From contig CALLJL010000008.1 of NCBI GenBank assembly GCA_938092135.1, positions 64,019 through 128,018 of the forward strand: DNA of 64,000 bases, given 5' to 3'. The stretch is from an uncultured bacterium. GTDB taxonomy: Bacteria > Acidobacteriota > Aminicenantia > Aminicenantales > CALLJL01. Positions 38,599 through 49,594 of the stretch are shown here, one piece after another. Position 1 is the stretch's first letter, and every line of letters begins with the position of its first letter. Both the position numbers and the translations under genes were made by a program. Under the pieces are notes generated by a model, which saw only the letters and a program-made list of their open reading frames with translations, was not told where the DNA came from and ran no database searches.

Positions 38599-41500
38599 TT
38601 AGAATCTGCGCCTAATTTTAAGATCGAAGCTGAGCCGGCCTAACTCATTTCTAATGCCGACGATTGACAATCCTGGCTTTAATTCCCATTCTATCCTAAC
38701 TATCTCCTCTCTCTGGGTTGTTAAGTTGGTGGAATAAATAATGAAAAGGTTTTCTGATATTTTTTTCCCTACAGTCAACCGGGCCGTCATTTCAGCTGAT
38801 GACCCCAGGACAAAGGGATCAATTCGCAGATGATCAAGGCTGAGAACTTTCTGGGCCCTTCTTCTAGCTTCCTCCATTATTTCTCCTGAAAGGAAAGAGG
38901 CCGTGCTCACCTGGGCAACCACGTCGGTCGAGGTAATTTTCTTGAAAGATTCGCCCAAAGCCAGGAGGGCAAGGATTTCCTCTGAAGCCAGCGGCGGTGA
39001 AGAGCTGAATTCTGGCTTCAACCGGTCAACAGGTCCGCTTAAGGAAAAGGTAACCCTGTAATCCTGAACATAGGTTTCACCCATCATTTCAAGGTAGGGG
39101 GGAGAAATCGCTGGATTGGCGAAAACAAGTTTCCCTTTCAAAAGACGAAAATTTCTTTCTTGAAAAGAGATTGAGCCATCCAAAGCTTCTATCTCGCCAA
39201 GAAGAAATGGCGCTTTAATTGAGCCGCTAAGCATAAGATCGAAGCGGCCTCTTATTCGTGCCAAGGAGTTTTCCACCCAAACCTGATCATCAGCTTTTAG
39301 GCGAATTGACAGATTTAATCCTTCAAGGAAAGATGGCCATGAGGTCTTTTCTTGATAGGCGGAAAAACTGAGTTTTTCAAAAAAATCCCGTCCCCAAAAA
39401 GCTTTTTTAATGGCAAACAGTCCTTCCAGGGTATAACGTTCTTGATTTTTGAACAAACGCAGCGAGGCATCAGTTAAAAAACGGCTCCGGTCAACGGGCG
39501 AAAGCACCAAATCTTGTCCATCAAGCTGAATGTTGGCCATTACCTTCCTGCCTGGACCAAGTTTAATTTCGCCAAAACCACTGATTTCACCGCCGCCTAA
39601 TTTGCCCCGAAAAGAACGGATAGAAAAAATCCGGTTATTAAGAAAAACAAGAAGGGAAAAATCGGTCAAAGGTTGGGGAAAACTGGGAAAAGGCAAAATT
39701 TTTCCCGTGGCTTCTAAAACACCAGTAATTTCTTCATCCTCCTTTTCTTTTTTGATTTCAAAAAGATAATTGAAATTGCCTATAGTTCCTTTCCAAGGAA
39801 TGATGGTCAGAAGATTGTCCCGGCCTTTACCTTGAACTGAATATTTGGGCTGATTAAAAGAAGAAAAAATTTGAATCTCAAAATTATCCTCTTTCTGATC
39901 GTTGGGAAATAACCTGGCTTCAAGCCCCTGACGGCCAATGAGGATATCGGCCAAGCCTTTGAGGAAGGGTTTCTTATATAAAAAAATCGAGAAATCATTA
40001 ATTTCAAAATTGCCCTTAACTCTTTCTTCCCCGAGAATTCCACCACCCTTAAGGTTAAAAGTCAATTGACCTTCTAGGCCCGAAATCAGTTTCTCAATCT
40101 GAAGATTATGGCCAGAAAAATCAACGGAATATATTTCCTTTGAAAGATCAAGACTAAGTTCTCCCGCAATCCTGCCTTTGGCCAGCTCGCCCTTGAATTC
40201 CTTTAAACTAAAGTTTCTCTCGCTATAATAAATCTGGCCAGAAGCTCGAGTTATTGATTGCCCCCAAAAAATCATTTCAGAACTTAGAAATTCGCCATTA
40301 ACTTTTGATTTTCCCCAGGAATCGATAGCTAATCGAAAGAACCCTTCAAAACTTCCCTTCAGAGGAAATCTTAGCTTCAGTCCGTCTAAGGCCTTGGACC
40401 AATCGCCATTTTTTATGGTGAAAAAGGCGGAAAGACCTAAGGAATCAATCTTAACTTCTGATTCGCCGGCCAGACCGGGATCTTTAAAGCTGAATCGACC
40501 ATAAAATAGATTGGAGGCAATCCGGAACTGGCCTGCGGCTTCCTTGACTTCGAAACGGCCAAAGCTAAAGGGACAGCCAGCAAAATTGACTTCAATTTCT
40601 GGAGATGAAGGATGGCCGACAATATTAACGCTGGCTTCAGCCTGACCTCTTACCAAAGGAAAATTCCATTCTTTCTTCAGAAGATTCTGTAAAAAAAGTC
40701 GGGTTGTGGCGACATCGGTAATCTCACTTGTTATGCCTATTTCCAGATTTTGGCCGAGGTTAATTCTGGCCTCAAGATCAAAGCGAGCAAAAAGGCCTAA
40801 GAACTCCCGAGCTGAAATCAATACCTTTTTCTGGGTATCCCAGATAACCCGATAATATCCCTGAAAGGGATAGCGGCCCTGATCAATCTTAAAATCTCTT
40901 TCTCTCAGTTCTCCCTCGACAATGAGCTCTCGGTTAGCCAGAAAAAATTTTCCCCATGAAGGGGATTTAACTGGCCAGGGGAGATTAAGCCCTTTGAGTA
41001 TCGGATCAAGGTAAAAATTGGCAAACCGCCCGGCTATTTTTCCTCTTTCCCAGGATATTGAAAATTCCTGATTCCTTCCATCGAGCTGAAGCGTCAAAGA
41101 TAGATCGCCCCTTATGCCCGGAGTCGTTTCCAACCAGCCTTTGGCCCTCCCAATAGAAAGGCCATTGAGCTTCAGATCAGAACTTCTAATTTCTCCTTGA
41201 TAGGACCATCGGCCGAGTCGACGGCTGATCTGCCCCTGACTATTAACCATTCCCTGCCAGGAAAAAGGAAGCTTAAGCCAGGCGTCAATGGCTTCCATAG
41301 GAAACAAGAAAATACCAGAAAGATTAATTTCAGGATTATTTAGATTTTTAATTGTTCCTTTAAGCTGCAAATAGCGATTGGCCTCGGACATTAAAAAACG
41401 TTTTACCTTTAATTCCTCCTTCCCCCCTTCAATCGCCATTTTAAGTTTGGCTGAAGACAGGATCTGTCGGTCGGATAAAGTTAGAGATGAATTCGAGGCC

Positions 41501-41994
41501 TCAGCTTCAAGATCAAAACCCTCTCCCCTTTTCTTCCAGCGAGCCTTAAATTCAGATGCCCAGAAAGAATGATTGTCTTCTTCCAAGAAAAGCTCAGCTT
41601 TTCTCACCAAAATCTGCTCGCAGAGAAAAGGAGATGGCAGTTTAAAAATTGGCTGTTTCTTTGCAGTTTCTACAAATTGATAATGAATAACAGGTTCTTC
41701 AATTATTAATTTGAGAGGTCGACGACGAAGAAAAGGTAAAAGTTTTGTTTCAATTTTCAGTTGCCTGGCCTTAAAGGAAGGATTTTCGGCCGTCAACTTA
41801 ATATCTTCAAAAATCAAGCGAGAGGGCCACAGGCTAAATTTGACCTGGGAATAGGTAAAATAAGAGCTTAATTTTATTTGTAATTGTTTTAGAAGATAAT
41901 TGCGAAGAAAAATTCCAGAAATTAAAATTATTCCCATGAGGAGAAGAAAGACAAACCATTTAAGAGTGTGGCGAAAAATCACTTTTGATCTCAT
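38599..41994 (-). CDS. tamB: translocation and assembly module TamB-like (AsmA/DUF490 family) giant periplasm-spanning protein
   Basis: 1131 aa. N-terminal signal anchor, long beta-rich body, and a C-terminal DUF490-like segment (...LSIVGIRNELGRLSFDLKIRRRF). Directly upstream of bamA. Confidence 0.65.
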   Translation of the reverse strand: MRSKVIFRHTLKWFVFLLLMGIILISGIFLRNYLLKQLQIKLSSYFTYSQVKFSLWPSRLIFEDIKLTAENPSFKARQLKIETKLLPFLRRRPLKLIIEEPVIHYQFVETAKKQPIFKLPSPFLCEQILVRKAELFLEEDNHSFWASEFKARWKKRGEGFDLEAEASNSSLTLSDRQILSSAKLKMAIEGGKEELKVKRFLMSEANRYLQLKGTIKNLNNPEINLSGIFLFPMEAIDAWLKLPFSWQGMVNSQGQISRRLGRWSYQGEIRSSDLKLNGLSIGRAKGWLETTPGIRGDLSLTLQLDGRNQEFSISWERGKIAGRFANFYLDPILKGLNLPWPVKSPSWGKFFLANRELIVEGELRERDFKIDQGRYPFQGYYRVIWDTQKKVLISAREFLGLFARFDLEARINLGQNLEIGITSEITDVATTRLFLQNLLKKEWNFPLVRGQAEASVNIVGHPSSPEIEVNFAGCPFSFGRFEVKEAAGQFRIASNLFYGRFSFKDPGLAGESEVKIDSLGLSAFFTIKNGDWSKALDGLKLRFPLKGSFEGFFRLAIDSWGKSKVNGEFLSSEMIFWGQSITRASGQIYYSERNFSLKEFKGELAKGRIAGELSLDLSKEIYSVDFSGHNLQIEKLISGLEGQLTFNLKGGGILGEERVKGNFEINDFSIFLYKKPFLKGLADILIGRQGLEARLFPNDQKEDNFEIQIFSSFNQPKYSVQGKGRDNLLTIIPWKGTIGNFNYLFEIKKEKEDEEITGVLEATGKILPFPSFPQPLTDFSLLVFLNNRIFSIRSFRGKLGGGEISGFGEIKLGPGRKVMANIQLDGQDLVLSPVDRSRFLTDASLRLFKNQERYTLEGLFAIKKAFWGRDFFEKLSFSAYQEKTSWPSFLEGLNLSIRLKADDQVWVENSLARIRGRFDLMLSGSIKAPFLLGEIEALDGSISFQERNFRLLKGKLVFANPAISPPYLEMMGETYVQDYRVTFSLSGPVDRLKPEFSSSPPLASEEILALLALGESFKKITSTDVVAQVSTASFLSGEIMEEARRRAQKVLSLDHLRIDPFVLGSSAEMTARLTVGKKISENLFIIYSTNLTTQREEIVRIEWELKPGLSIVGIRNELGRLSFDLKIRRRF

Positions 41995-42009
41995 GAGATT
42001 AAAAGCGAC

Positions 42010-42501
42010 TTACTCTAGAGTAAACAAAATTGTTCCTGTCTCGACCGTATCACCTGCTTTTACATTTAAGTTAGTTATCCGGCCATCCCTTGGAGCCCTA
42101 ATTTCATTTTGCATCTTCATCGCTTCCAGAATCAAGATAGGTTGTCCCTCTTTGACCTGACTTCCATTTTCCACTCGCACTGCTACAACTTTTCCGGGCA
42201 TGCTAATCTTCACCTCAACCTTCTTCCCAGCAGCTTTCTGATCTTTCGAAGAAACTGAAGAAATTCTTTTTTCGACTTGATATATTCTATCGCCAATAAT
42301 GACATTGTGGCCAACAGAATTGGATTGGACAAGGACATTATAAACACGGCCATTAATCATCAATAAAACTTCTTCTTCAGTGATAAAGGAAGCGGAAACT
42401 TCATAGGTTTTCCCCTCATGAGAGATAAGAATAGTATTTTCAGTCTGAGGCTCAAGACTGAGATTGTAACGTTTTCCCTTGAACCAGAAGCTCAGGTTCA
42501 T
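42010..42501 (-). CDS. biotin carboxyl carrier protein subunit of an acyl-CoA carboxylase
   Basis: C-terminal biotinyl domain with an EAMKMQNEI attachment motif. 163 aa. Confidence 0.8.
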   Translation of the reverse strand: MNLSFWFKGKRYNLSLEPQTENTILISHEGKTYEVSASFITEEEVLLMINGRVYNVLVQSNSVGHNVIIGDRIYQVEKRISSVSSKDQKAAGKKVEVKISMPGKVVAVRVENGSQVKEGQPILILEAMKMQNEIRAPRDGRITNLNVKAGDTVETGTILFTLE

Positions 42502-42503
42502 TT

Positions 42504-44006
42504 TTAAAGCCGATTTTTAAAAAATTCAATTCGACCCATTAATTTCCAGGGATTACCCCTTGGCTTAGACAAACTAGCTCCTTGTTTTTTGGAATCATAA
42601 TAAGCCTTGACAGCCGCAGCCATAATAGCAACTAGATCTTCTCCGGGCACAGCAGGCGGTTCTTTTTCCAGACGCTCAAGGAAATGGGTAGTGTAATTCC
42701 CGGCTAGAAAATCAGGGTGATCCAGAATCCGGAGGAAAAAGGGAATAGTAGTTTTGATACCATAAATCTGATATTCCTGTAAGGCCCGACGCAATCTCAG
42801 GATCGCCTCTTCTCTAGTTCGGCCCCAGGCAATGAGCTTCGAAAGAAGAGCATCATATTCGATTGGTACTGTATACCCCTCAATAATCCCACTATCATCT
42901 CTAATTCCTGGACCGCCCGGTCGATGTAAATAAAGAATTTTTCCGGGAGAGGGGAGAAAATCCTGAAAGGGATCCTCGGCCATAATTCGGCATTCAATCG
43001 CCCACCCTTGAGGTCTGATTTCCTCCTGGGTAAAGGGAAGGGGTTTACCCTGGGCAATATCTATTTGGGCTCGAACAAGATCAATTCCGGTAACCATTTC
43101 CGTTATGGGATGCTCCACTTGAAGGCGGGCATTAACTTCAAGAAAATAAAAATTTTTATTTCTATCAACGATAAACTCAACGGTCCCGGCATTGCGGTAA
43201 TTGATACTTTTAGCTGCGGCCACAGCGATTTCACCCATCTTGCGCCTGGTCTCATCATCAATAAAAGGGGATGGTGTCTCTTCAAGGATTTTCTGGTAAC
43301 GACGCTGCATCGAGCATTCCCTTTCACCTAGATAAACTCCGTTACCATAATTATCGATCAATATTTGAATTTCAATGTGATGGGGTTCATCGATATATTT
43401 TTCGAGATAAATGGCCGGGTCACCGAAGCTTGCCTCGGCCTCCGAAGCGGCTAAATGAAAGGCGGATAAAAGCTCTTCTCGCTTCCGGACCAAACGAAGT
43501 CCCTTGCCTCCGCCGCCAGCTGAAGCCTTAAGAAGAAGGGGAAAACCTATCATTTCAGCCTGTTCAAAAAGCTCCTTTTCGTTTTTAACGGGCTCCAAAG
43601 TACCTGGAATTATGGGCACCCCGGCTTCTCTCATTTTCTGCCGGGAAATAGTTTTAAGCCCCAGAAGTTCCATGGGGCCAGAAGGTGGGCCGATGAAGAT
43701 GATGCCCTCTTCTTCGCAGCGCCGCACAAATTGATGATTTTCAGCCAGAAAACCATACCCAGGATGAATGGCGTCGGCTTGGCATTTTTTAGCTAGGGCG
43801 ATTATTTTTTCAATATTCAAATAACTTTCAGCGGGTAAAGCTTTGCCCAAGGGATAGGCTTCTTCGGCCAGACGGACATGGAGAGCCTGTCGGTCCACTT
43901 CAGAATAAACAGCCACAGGAGTAATTCCCATTTCCCTGCAGGTCCGTATCACTCTAACCGCAATCTCGCCTCGATTGGCAATAAGAATTTTTTTAATTTT
44001 CTTCAT
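42504..44006 (-). CDS. accC: biotin carboxylase subunit (AccC-type ATP-grasp)
   Basis: ATG at 44006 preferred (GGGAAGGG RBS); the listed first codon is TTG. KILIANRGEIAVRVIRT, an ATP-grasp Gly-rich loop, and the CSMQRRYQKILEE motif are present. Confidence 0.9.
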   Translation of the reverse strand: MKKIKKILIANRGEIAVRVIRTCREMGITPVAVYSEVDRQALHVRLAEEAYPLGKALPAESYLNIEKIIALAKKCQADAIHPGYGFLAENHQFVRRCEEEGIIFIGPPSGPMELLGLKTISRQKMREAGVPIIPGTLEPVKNEKELFEQAEMIGFPLLLKASAGGGGKGLRLVRKREELLSAFHLAASEAEASFGDPAIYLEKYIDEPHHIEIQILIDNYGNGVYLGERECSMQRRYQKILEETPSPFIDDETRRKMGEIAVAAAKSINYRNAGTVEFIVDRNKNFYFLEVNARLQVEHPITEMVTGIDLVRAQIDIAQGKPLPFTQEEIRPQGWAIECRIMAEDPFQDFLPSPGKILYLHRPGGPGIRDDSGIIEGYTVPIEYDALLSKLIAWGRTREEAILRLRRALQEYQIYGIKTTIPFFLRILDHPDFLAGNYTTHFLERLEKEPPAVPGEDLVAIMAAAVKAYYDSKKQGASLSKPRGNPWKLMGRIEFFKNRL

Positions 44007-44018
44007 TGCCCTTCCCAA

Positions 44019-45569
44019 TCAGAGGGGAATATTACCATGTTTTTTGGGCGGATTCTTATCTTTTTTATTTTCCAGCATTCTTAAAGCCGCAATAAGTTTG
44101 GGTCGGGTAAATCGGGGTTCAATTACTTCATCTATATAGCCTTTTTCGCAGGCAATATAGGGATTGGCAAATTTTTCTCTGAATTCAGCGATTTTTAGGC
44201 GACGGAATTCATCAGGATTAGCTGAAGCGGCTATTTCTCTTTGATAAATGATTTTCACAGCGCCTTCAGGCCCCATGACCGCTATTTCAGCTGTGGGATA
44301 GGCATAATTGATATCAGCCCGGATATGTTTTGAGGCCATAACGCAATAGGCCCCTCCATAGGCTTTCCTGGTAATAACAGTGATTTTGGGAACAGTCGCT
44401 TCGGCGAAAGCATAAAGAAGTTTGGCCCCATGTCGGATAATGCCACCATGCTCCTGGGCAACCCCAGGAAGAAAGCCAGGCACATCCTCAAAGGTGATCA
44501 AAGGAATATTGAAGGCATCACAAAAGCGAACGAAGCGAGCCCCTTTCACTGAAGCATCAATATCCAGGGCACCAGCCAGATGCTCAGGCTGATTGGCCAC
44601 TATGCCCACCGCTTTGCCATCGAGACGGCCAAAACCGATAACAATATTGCGAGCAAAATCGGGCTGGACCTCGAAGAAATAATGATCGTCGAGAACCTCT
44701 TTGATGATACGGCGGATATCATAGGGCTGGTCAGGATCCTCGGGCACAAAATCATTCAGCTCGTCGCTTGTTCTGTCCCAGGGATCAGAGGTTTCCTTCT
44801 GAGGCGGATCCTCCAAATTATTGCTGGGAATGAAAGATAAAAGCTCCCTAATAATCCCCAGGGCTTCCTCTTCCGAATTGGCAGCAAAATGGGCCACCCC
44901 GCTGATGGAATTGTGCGTATCAGCCCCTCCTAGCTCTTCCATCGTTACCTTCTCATGAGTTACAGCTTCGATAACTTCAGGACCGGTGATAAACATATGG
45001 CTTGTCTCTCTCGTCATAATGATGAAATCAGTTAAAGCGGGTGAATAAACGGCGCCGCCAGCACAGGGACCGAGAATGGCTGAAATTTGGGGAATAACTC
45101 CTGAGGCGAGGACATTGCGCAAAAAGATGTCGGCATAGCCCCCTAAGCTAGCCACGCCTTCCTGAATCCTGGCGCCACCTGAATCATTAAGACCGATAAT
45201 CGGGGCACCGACTTTCATGGCGAGATCCATTATCTTGCAGATTTTGGCCGCGTTTGCCCCGCTCAGGGAGCCTCCGAAAACGGTAAAATCCTGGGCAAAA
45301 ACGAAAACTAAGCGACCATCTATTCGGCCGTATCCAGTGACTACCCCATCTCCGTAAATTCGTCTTTTCTCCATCCCAAAATCATAGCAATGGTGAACAA
45401 CGAGCTTGTCCATTTCTTCAAAGGTACCAGGGTCAAGAAGAAGATTGATTCTCTCTCGGGCAGTTAATTTCCCTGCTTTGTGTTGCCTTTCGATTCTTTC
45501 CTTACCACCCCCCTCCTCCGCCAATTTTATTTTTTCTCTCAATACTTCTATTTTTCGGCTAATAGCCAT
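44019..45569 (-). CDS. acyl-CoA carboxylase carboxyltransferase subunit (propionyl-CoA carboxylase beta / methylmalonyl-CoA decarboxylase alpha family)
   Basis: 516 aa. Tandem crotonase-like carboxyltransferase halves. Motifs [23 protein letters not shown] and AYGGAYCVM. Confidence 0.85.
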   Translation of the reverse strand: MAISRKIEVLREKIKLAEEGGGKERIERQHKAGKLTARERINLLLDPGTFEEMDKLVVHHCYDFGMEKRRIYGDGVVTGYGRIDGRLVFVFAQDFTVFGGSLSGANAAKICKIMDLAMKVGAPIIGLNDSGGARIQEGVASLGGYADIFLRNVLASGVIPQISAILGPCAGGAVYSPALTDFIIMTRETSHMFITGPEVIEAVTHEKVTMEELGGADTHNSISGVAHFAANSEEEALGIIRELLSFIPSNNLEDPPQKETSDPWDRTSDELNDFVPEDPDQPYDIRRIIKEVLDDHYFFEVQPDFARNIVIGFGRLDGKAVGIVANQPEHLAGALDIDASVKGARFVRFCDAFNIPLITFEDVPGFLPGVAQEHGGIIRHGAKLLYAFAEATVPKITVITRKAYGGAYCVMASKHIRADINYAYPTAEIAVMGPEGAVKIIYQREIAASANPDEFRRLKIAEFREKFANPYIACEKGYIDEVIEPRFTRPKLIAALRMLENKKDKNPPKKHGNIPL

Positions 45570-45609
45570 TTTTCCCCCAATTTATTTTTTCATTTTATTT
45601 TTATACCTT

Positions 45610-46254
45610 TTATTTTTTTACCTTGGCCCAATCCTGTAAAAATTTTTCCAAGCCGGCATCAGTTAAAGGATGGCGAATAAGTTTTTCCATGACAGCATAG
45701 GGAACGGTAACAATGTCAGCCCCCAGTAAAGCGGCTTCAACAACATGGACGGGATGGCGAACCGAGGCCACAATCACCTCGGACTCAAATCCATATTGAT
45801 TGAAAATCGTCAAAATCTGTTCGATGAGTTCCATGCCATAGTGAGAAATATCGTCGAGCCGACCAATAAAGGGACTGACAAAGGAAGCACCGGCTTTAGC
45901 CGCTAAAATAGCCTGAGATGGGGAAAAAATAAGAGTCATATTAACTTTTATGCCTTCAGAGCTTAAAATTTTGGTCGCTTTCAAGCCCTCAATTGTTACC
46001 GGAATTTTAACCACCACATTAGGCGCGATTGAAGCAAGCTCCTTGGCTTCGGCAACTATGGCCTCGCATTCTGAGGACACACATTCGACACTTACCGGTC
46101 CAGAAACAAGATGGCAAATTTCAGTGACCAATTCCTTAAACTCCCTCTTTTCTTTAGCAATTAAAGTGGGATTGGTAGTTACCCCGTCCAAAATCCCCCA
46201 GCTGGCCACTTCTTTTATTTCCTGCGGATTCGCCGTGTCCAGGAAAAACTTCAT
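45610..46254 (-). CDS. transaldolase / fructose-6-phosphate aldolase (short TalC/Fsa type)
   Basis: [15 protein letters not shown]...GVTTNPTL and a 214-aa length fit the short transaldolase subfamily. Confidence 0.85.
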   Translation of the reverse strand: MKFFLDTANPQEIKEVASWGILDGVTTNPTLIAKEKREFKELVTEICHLVSGPVSVECVSSECEAIVAEAKELASIAPNVVVKIPVTIEGLKATKILSSEGIKVNMTLIFSPSQAILAAKAGASFVSPFIGRLDDISHYGMELIEQILTIFNQYGFESEVIVASVRHPVHVVEAALLGADIVTVPYAVMEKLIRHPLTDAGLEKFLQDWAKVKK

Positions 46255-46338
46255 TTCTTTTCCTCCTCTTTAATCAATTTTTCCTTAAAATAATTGATTT
46301 TTTAAATCTTTTCTCCTTAATGTCTTTTTCTTATATTC

Positions 46339-47103
46339 TTATCTCACTCTCAAAACCACATTGGAAAGGGTGCCAATGCCTTCAATCTGAACATCAACCC
46401 GATCGCCAGGATTCATCGGACCAACTCCAGCAGGTGTTCCTGTGGTGATTATATCCCCTGGATAGAGAGTCATTATCTTCGAAATGAAGCGAATTAATTG
46501 AGGAATCGAGAAAATCATCTGACTTGTGCTTGCTGATTGTTTTAGCTTGCCATTAAGGAAAGTTTTAATCATTAAATGAGCCGGGTCAACGTCTGTGGCA
46601 ATGCAGGGTCCACAGGGGGCAAAGGTATCAAAGGATTTAGCTCGGGTGAATTGGCCGTCTTTTAACTGGAGATCGCGGGCCGTAACATCATTGAAACAGG
46701 TATAGCCGAGAATTACCTCCCTAATATCTGAGGTTTCATCGAGTTCATGGACTTCTTTTTTAATAATAACCGCCAGCTCTCCTTCATAATCAATCCGATG
46801 GGCCATGCGGGGAAAAATAATAGCTTCATTGTGGCCGATGATAGCTGAAGGCGGTTTAAGAAAAATTAAAGGCTCTTCAGGAAGAGTTCGGCCCATTTCT
46901 TGGGCATGGTCTCGATAGTTAACGCCCACACCGATTATTTTTGTTGGCACGACGGGTGGCAATATTTTTACTCTTCCAATTGGAACACCAAAATTTTCAG
47001 CTTCCAGAGATTCGAAAACTGACCCCTTTAAAGGATAAAGAAGGTCTTCCTTAAGGATTCCATAATATTCCTTATTTTCCCAGAGGTAATGGTAAATTTT
47101 CAT
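46339..47103 (-). CDS. fumarylacetoacetate hydrolase (FAH) family protein
   Basis: DYEGELAVIIKK and the GTPAGVG motif. 254 aa. Confidence 0.8.
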   Translation of the reverse strand: MKIYHYLWENKEYYGILKEDLLYPLKGSVFESLEAENFGVPIGRVKILPPVVPTKIIGVGVNYRDHAQEMGRTLPEEPLIFLKPPSAIIGHNEAIIFPRMAHRIDYEGELAVIIKKEVHELDETSDIREVILGYTCFNDVTARDLQLKDGQFTRAKSFDTFAPCGPCIATDVDPAHLMIKTFLNGKLKQSASTSQMIFSIPQLIRFISKIMTLYPGDIITTGTPAGVGPMNPGDRVDVQIEGIGTLSNVVLRVR

Positions 47104-48197
47104 GGGTAATAATTCCTAATCATACTAACCCTAATTTCAACGGGCTGGCTTTCATTGCCGGCTTGATCACAGGCAGTAATAGCATAATGATAACTTCTCC
47201 CCTTTTCAACTTTACGATCCTCATAACTTGTAACCATAATTGGCTCTGGCGTTAAAAGCTCAAAGGAAGTCTCTCCCTCTGTTCGTCGCCGGATAAGATA
47301 GCCAGCAACATCAGGGGCAGGGCTTGGCTCCCAGGTAATAACTATTCTATCTTCACCGGCAATCGCTATGACTCCTTTTGGTGAGGGAGGGGCAAAAATG
47401 TCCTTAATTTCTACTTCTATCTGTTCTGAAGCCTCACTTTCACGCTCAATGGAATCGACTAGCCTGATCGTCCTGACCAAATAATAATAAAATCTCCCAA
47501 AAATTATTTCCCTGTCCTCAAATTTTTTTTCGCTTAAGGGGTCTGAATTAAGGCGCTTCCAGGTAGAGGACTTTTCCTTTCGGTATATATTGTAATTTTC
47601 AGCCATCCTAGTCTCTGGCGTTTTGGAATCTTCAGAAGAGGATTCCCAGCGGAGCACAACTTTATCTTCCTGAAGCTCGGCCTTTAAATTCCGGGGAGGA
47701 AGGGGGGGCTCAACAGGAATAATAAAAACCGGCTTCGAAAAAGACGATTTCCGGCCTCTTTCATCTTTAAGCCGCAGCTCGAAAAAAAAGACTATCCGGC
47801 CTATTTTTTCAGATGGAACTGGAAATTCCCAGCTGGCTTCAAAGGACGCAGGTAAAGATAAGCTGGATTGATTTTCTTCAAGCTTTATTTCAGCCAAAAG
47901 CTTTTTTTCCCTTCGCCTTTCCTTGGCGAAATTATCCAAAGGCTCCTTTAGAACAGATTCAAGAGATGATTCAAATCCCCAGATTTCAACAGAAGGCCAC
48001 GCCCCCATGGCCACTCCGTTTTCATAAACAAGAGGAGTAATCCATCTTAAGACTATTTTTTTCCCCTGTTGATAAAGGCTAAGGGATTCGATTTTTTGAG
48101 GAATTAAAATAAGGGGGGGCTGAAGAGGGCCCTTAACTCCACAGGAATAGATCAAGAAAAAGATGAGAAAAAAAGCCAGACGGCTTATTTTATTCAT
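47100..48197 (-). CDS. lipoprotein with fibronectin type III-like repeats
   Basis: Lipobox IYSC-G. Repeated W-x-P...Y-x-(I/V)-(Y/R)-R FN3-like modules (VLRWESSSEDSK...YNIYRK; IVITWEPSPAPDVAGYLIRRR; YHYAITACDQAGNES). Confidence 0.5.
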   Translation of the reverse strand: MNKISRLAFFLIFFLIYSCGVKGPLQPPLILIPQKIESLSLYQQGKKIVLRWITPLVYENGVAMGAWPSVEIWGFESSLESVLKEPLDNFAKERRREKKLLAEIKLEENQSSLSLPASFEASWEFPVPSEKIGRIVFFFELRLKDERGRKSSFSKPVFIIPVEPPLPPRNLKAELQEDKVVLRWESSSEDSKTPETRMAENYNIYRKEKSSTWKRLNSDPLSEKKFEDREIIFGRFYYYLVRTIRLVDSIERESEASEQIEVEIKDIFAPPSPKGVIAIAGEDRIVITWEPSPAPDVAGYLIRRRTEGETSFELLTPEPIMVTSYEDRKVEKGRSYHYAITACDQAGNESQPVEIRVSMIRNYYP

Positions 48198-49594
48198 TAA
48201 AGAATGAAACGCCGCAAATCCTGATTTTTGATAATATCCTGGAGCTGTTTTTGAACATAACTGCGGTCGATGATGATCCTCTTAGAGGAAATATTTGGCG
48301 CTTCAAAAGAAATCTCCTCCATGACCTTTTCCATCACTGTGTGAAGGCGGCGAGCCCCGATATTTTCATCTTCCTCATTTATCTTTTCCGCGATAGCAGC
48401 GATTTCTTCAATAGCATCGGGAGTAAAATCAACTTCGACGCCTTCGGTGGCTAATAAAGCTTTATATTGCTTGATGAGAGCATTTTCAGGTTCAGTGAGA
48501 ATACGAATGAAATCCTGTTTCGTCAGTGGAGTCAATTCCACTCTAATGGGAAATCGACCCTGAAGTTCAGGAATGAGATCGGAAGGCTTGGAAACATGAA
48601 AGGCACCTGCTCCAATAAACAAAATATGGTCTGTTCTAACCAGGCCATAACGGGTGCTTACAGTTGTTCCTTCGATTATGGGCAGAAGATCTCGCTGAAC
48701 TCCTTCCCGGCTCACATCAGGACCGAAACCCGATTCTCGCCCGGCAATTTTATCGATTTCATCAAGGAAAATAATTCCTGACTGTTCTACCCTTTCAATG
48801 GCCTGCTTGGCTACTTGATCCATATCGATTAACCTCTTCTGCTCTTCTTCCATCAAATATTCCCTAGCTTCATGGAGCTTGACTCTTCTTCGCTTTGATC
48901 GACCACCCAGAAATCCTGGGATAATTTCTTGAATCTGAATACCAATTTCTTCGTAGCCAGTATTGGAGAAAATTTCAAAGGGAGGAGAAATTTTCTCCTT
49001 CATTTCGAGCTCAACCATCCGCTCTTCAAGCAGCCCATCTCTTAACTGTCGCCTGAGCTTTTCTTTTGTTTCCTGAAAGCGAACCTGATCGCTATCGTAA
49101 TAAACATTATCTCGCCGTTTCGATGAGGGCAGTAGAAGCTCAAGAAGTTTCTCCTCTACATTCCTTTCAGCCTTTTCCCTTATTTCCTCTATCTTTTCCT
49201 GCCTAACCATGTCTACAGCAATACGGACGAGATCACGAATCATAGATTCAACATCACGGCCAACATAACCGACTTCAGTAAATTTGCTGGCCTCTATTTT
49301 AAGAAAAGGTGAGGAAGTCAATTTAGCCAGCCGGCGGGAAATTTCAGTTTTGCCCACCCCTGTTGGCCCAATCATGAGAATATTCTTGGGGGCAATCTCA
49401 TCAGCTAATTCAGGAGGGAGCTTGCGGCGACGATAGCGATTCCTTAAGGCGATAGCCACGGCCCTTTTGGCCGCCTGCTGGCCGATAATATATTTATCTA
49501 GCTCGGCAACTATTTCCTGAGGAGTAAGCTCCTCGTCACGACGCCAGGGTCCGGTCGAAATAGATTCATTTTTCTTGGGTAAAGTTAGGCGCAT
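48197..49594 (-). CDS. hslU: ATP-dependent protease ATPase subunit HslU
   Basis: [17 protein letters not shown], Walker [16 protein letters not shown], and the I-domain insertion. 465 aa with an ~18-aa N-extension. Confidence 0.9.
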   Translation of the reverse strand: MRLTLPKKNESISTGPWRRDEELTPQEIVAELDKYIIGQQAAKRAVAIALRNRYRRRKLPPELADEIAPKNILMIGPTGVGKTEISRRLAKLTSSPFLKIEASKFTEVGYVGRDVESMIRDLVRIAVDMVRQEKIEEIREKAERNVEEKLLELLLPSSKRRDNVYYDSDQVRFQETKEKLRRQLRDGLLEERMVELEMKEKISPPFEIFSNTGYEEIGIQIQEIIPGFLGGRSKRRRVKLHEAREYLMEEEQKRLIDMDQVAKQAIERVEQSGIIFLDEIDKIAGRESGFGPDVSREGVQRDLLPIIEGTTVSTRYGLVRTDHILFIGAGAFHVSKPSDLIPELQGRFPIRVELTPLTKQDFIRILTEPENALIKQYKALLATEGVEVDFTPDAIEEIAAIAEKINEEDENIGARRLHTVMEKVMEEISFEAPNISSKRIIIDRSYVQKQLQDIIKNQDLRRFIL

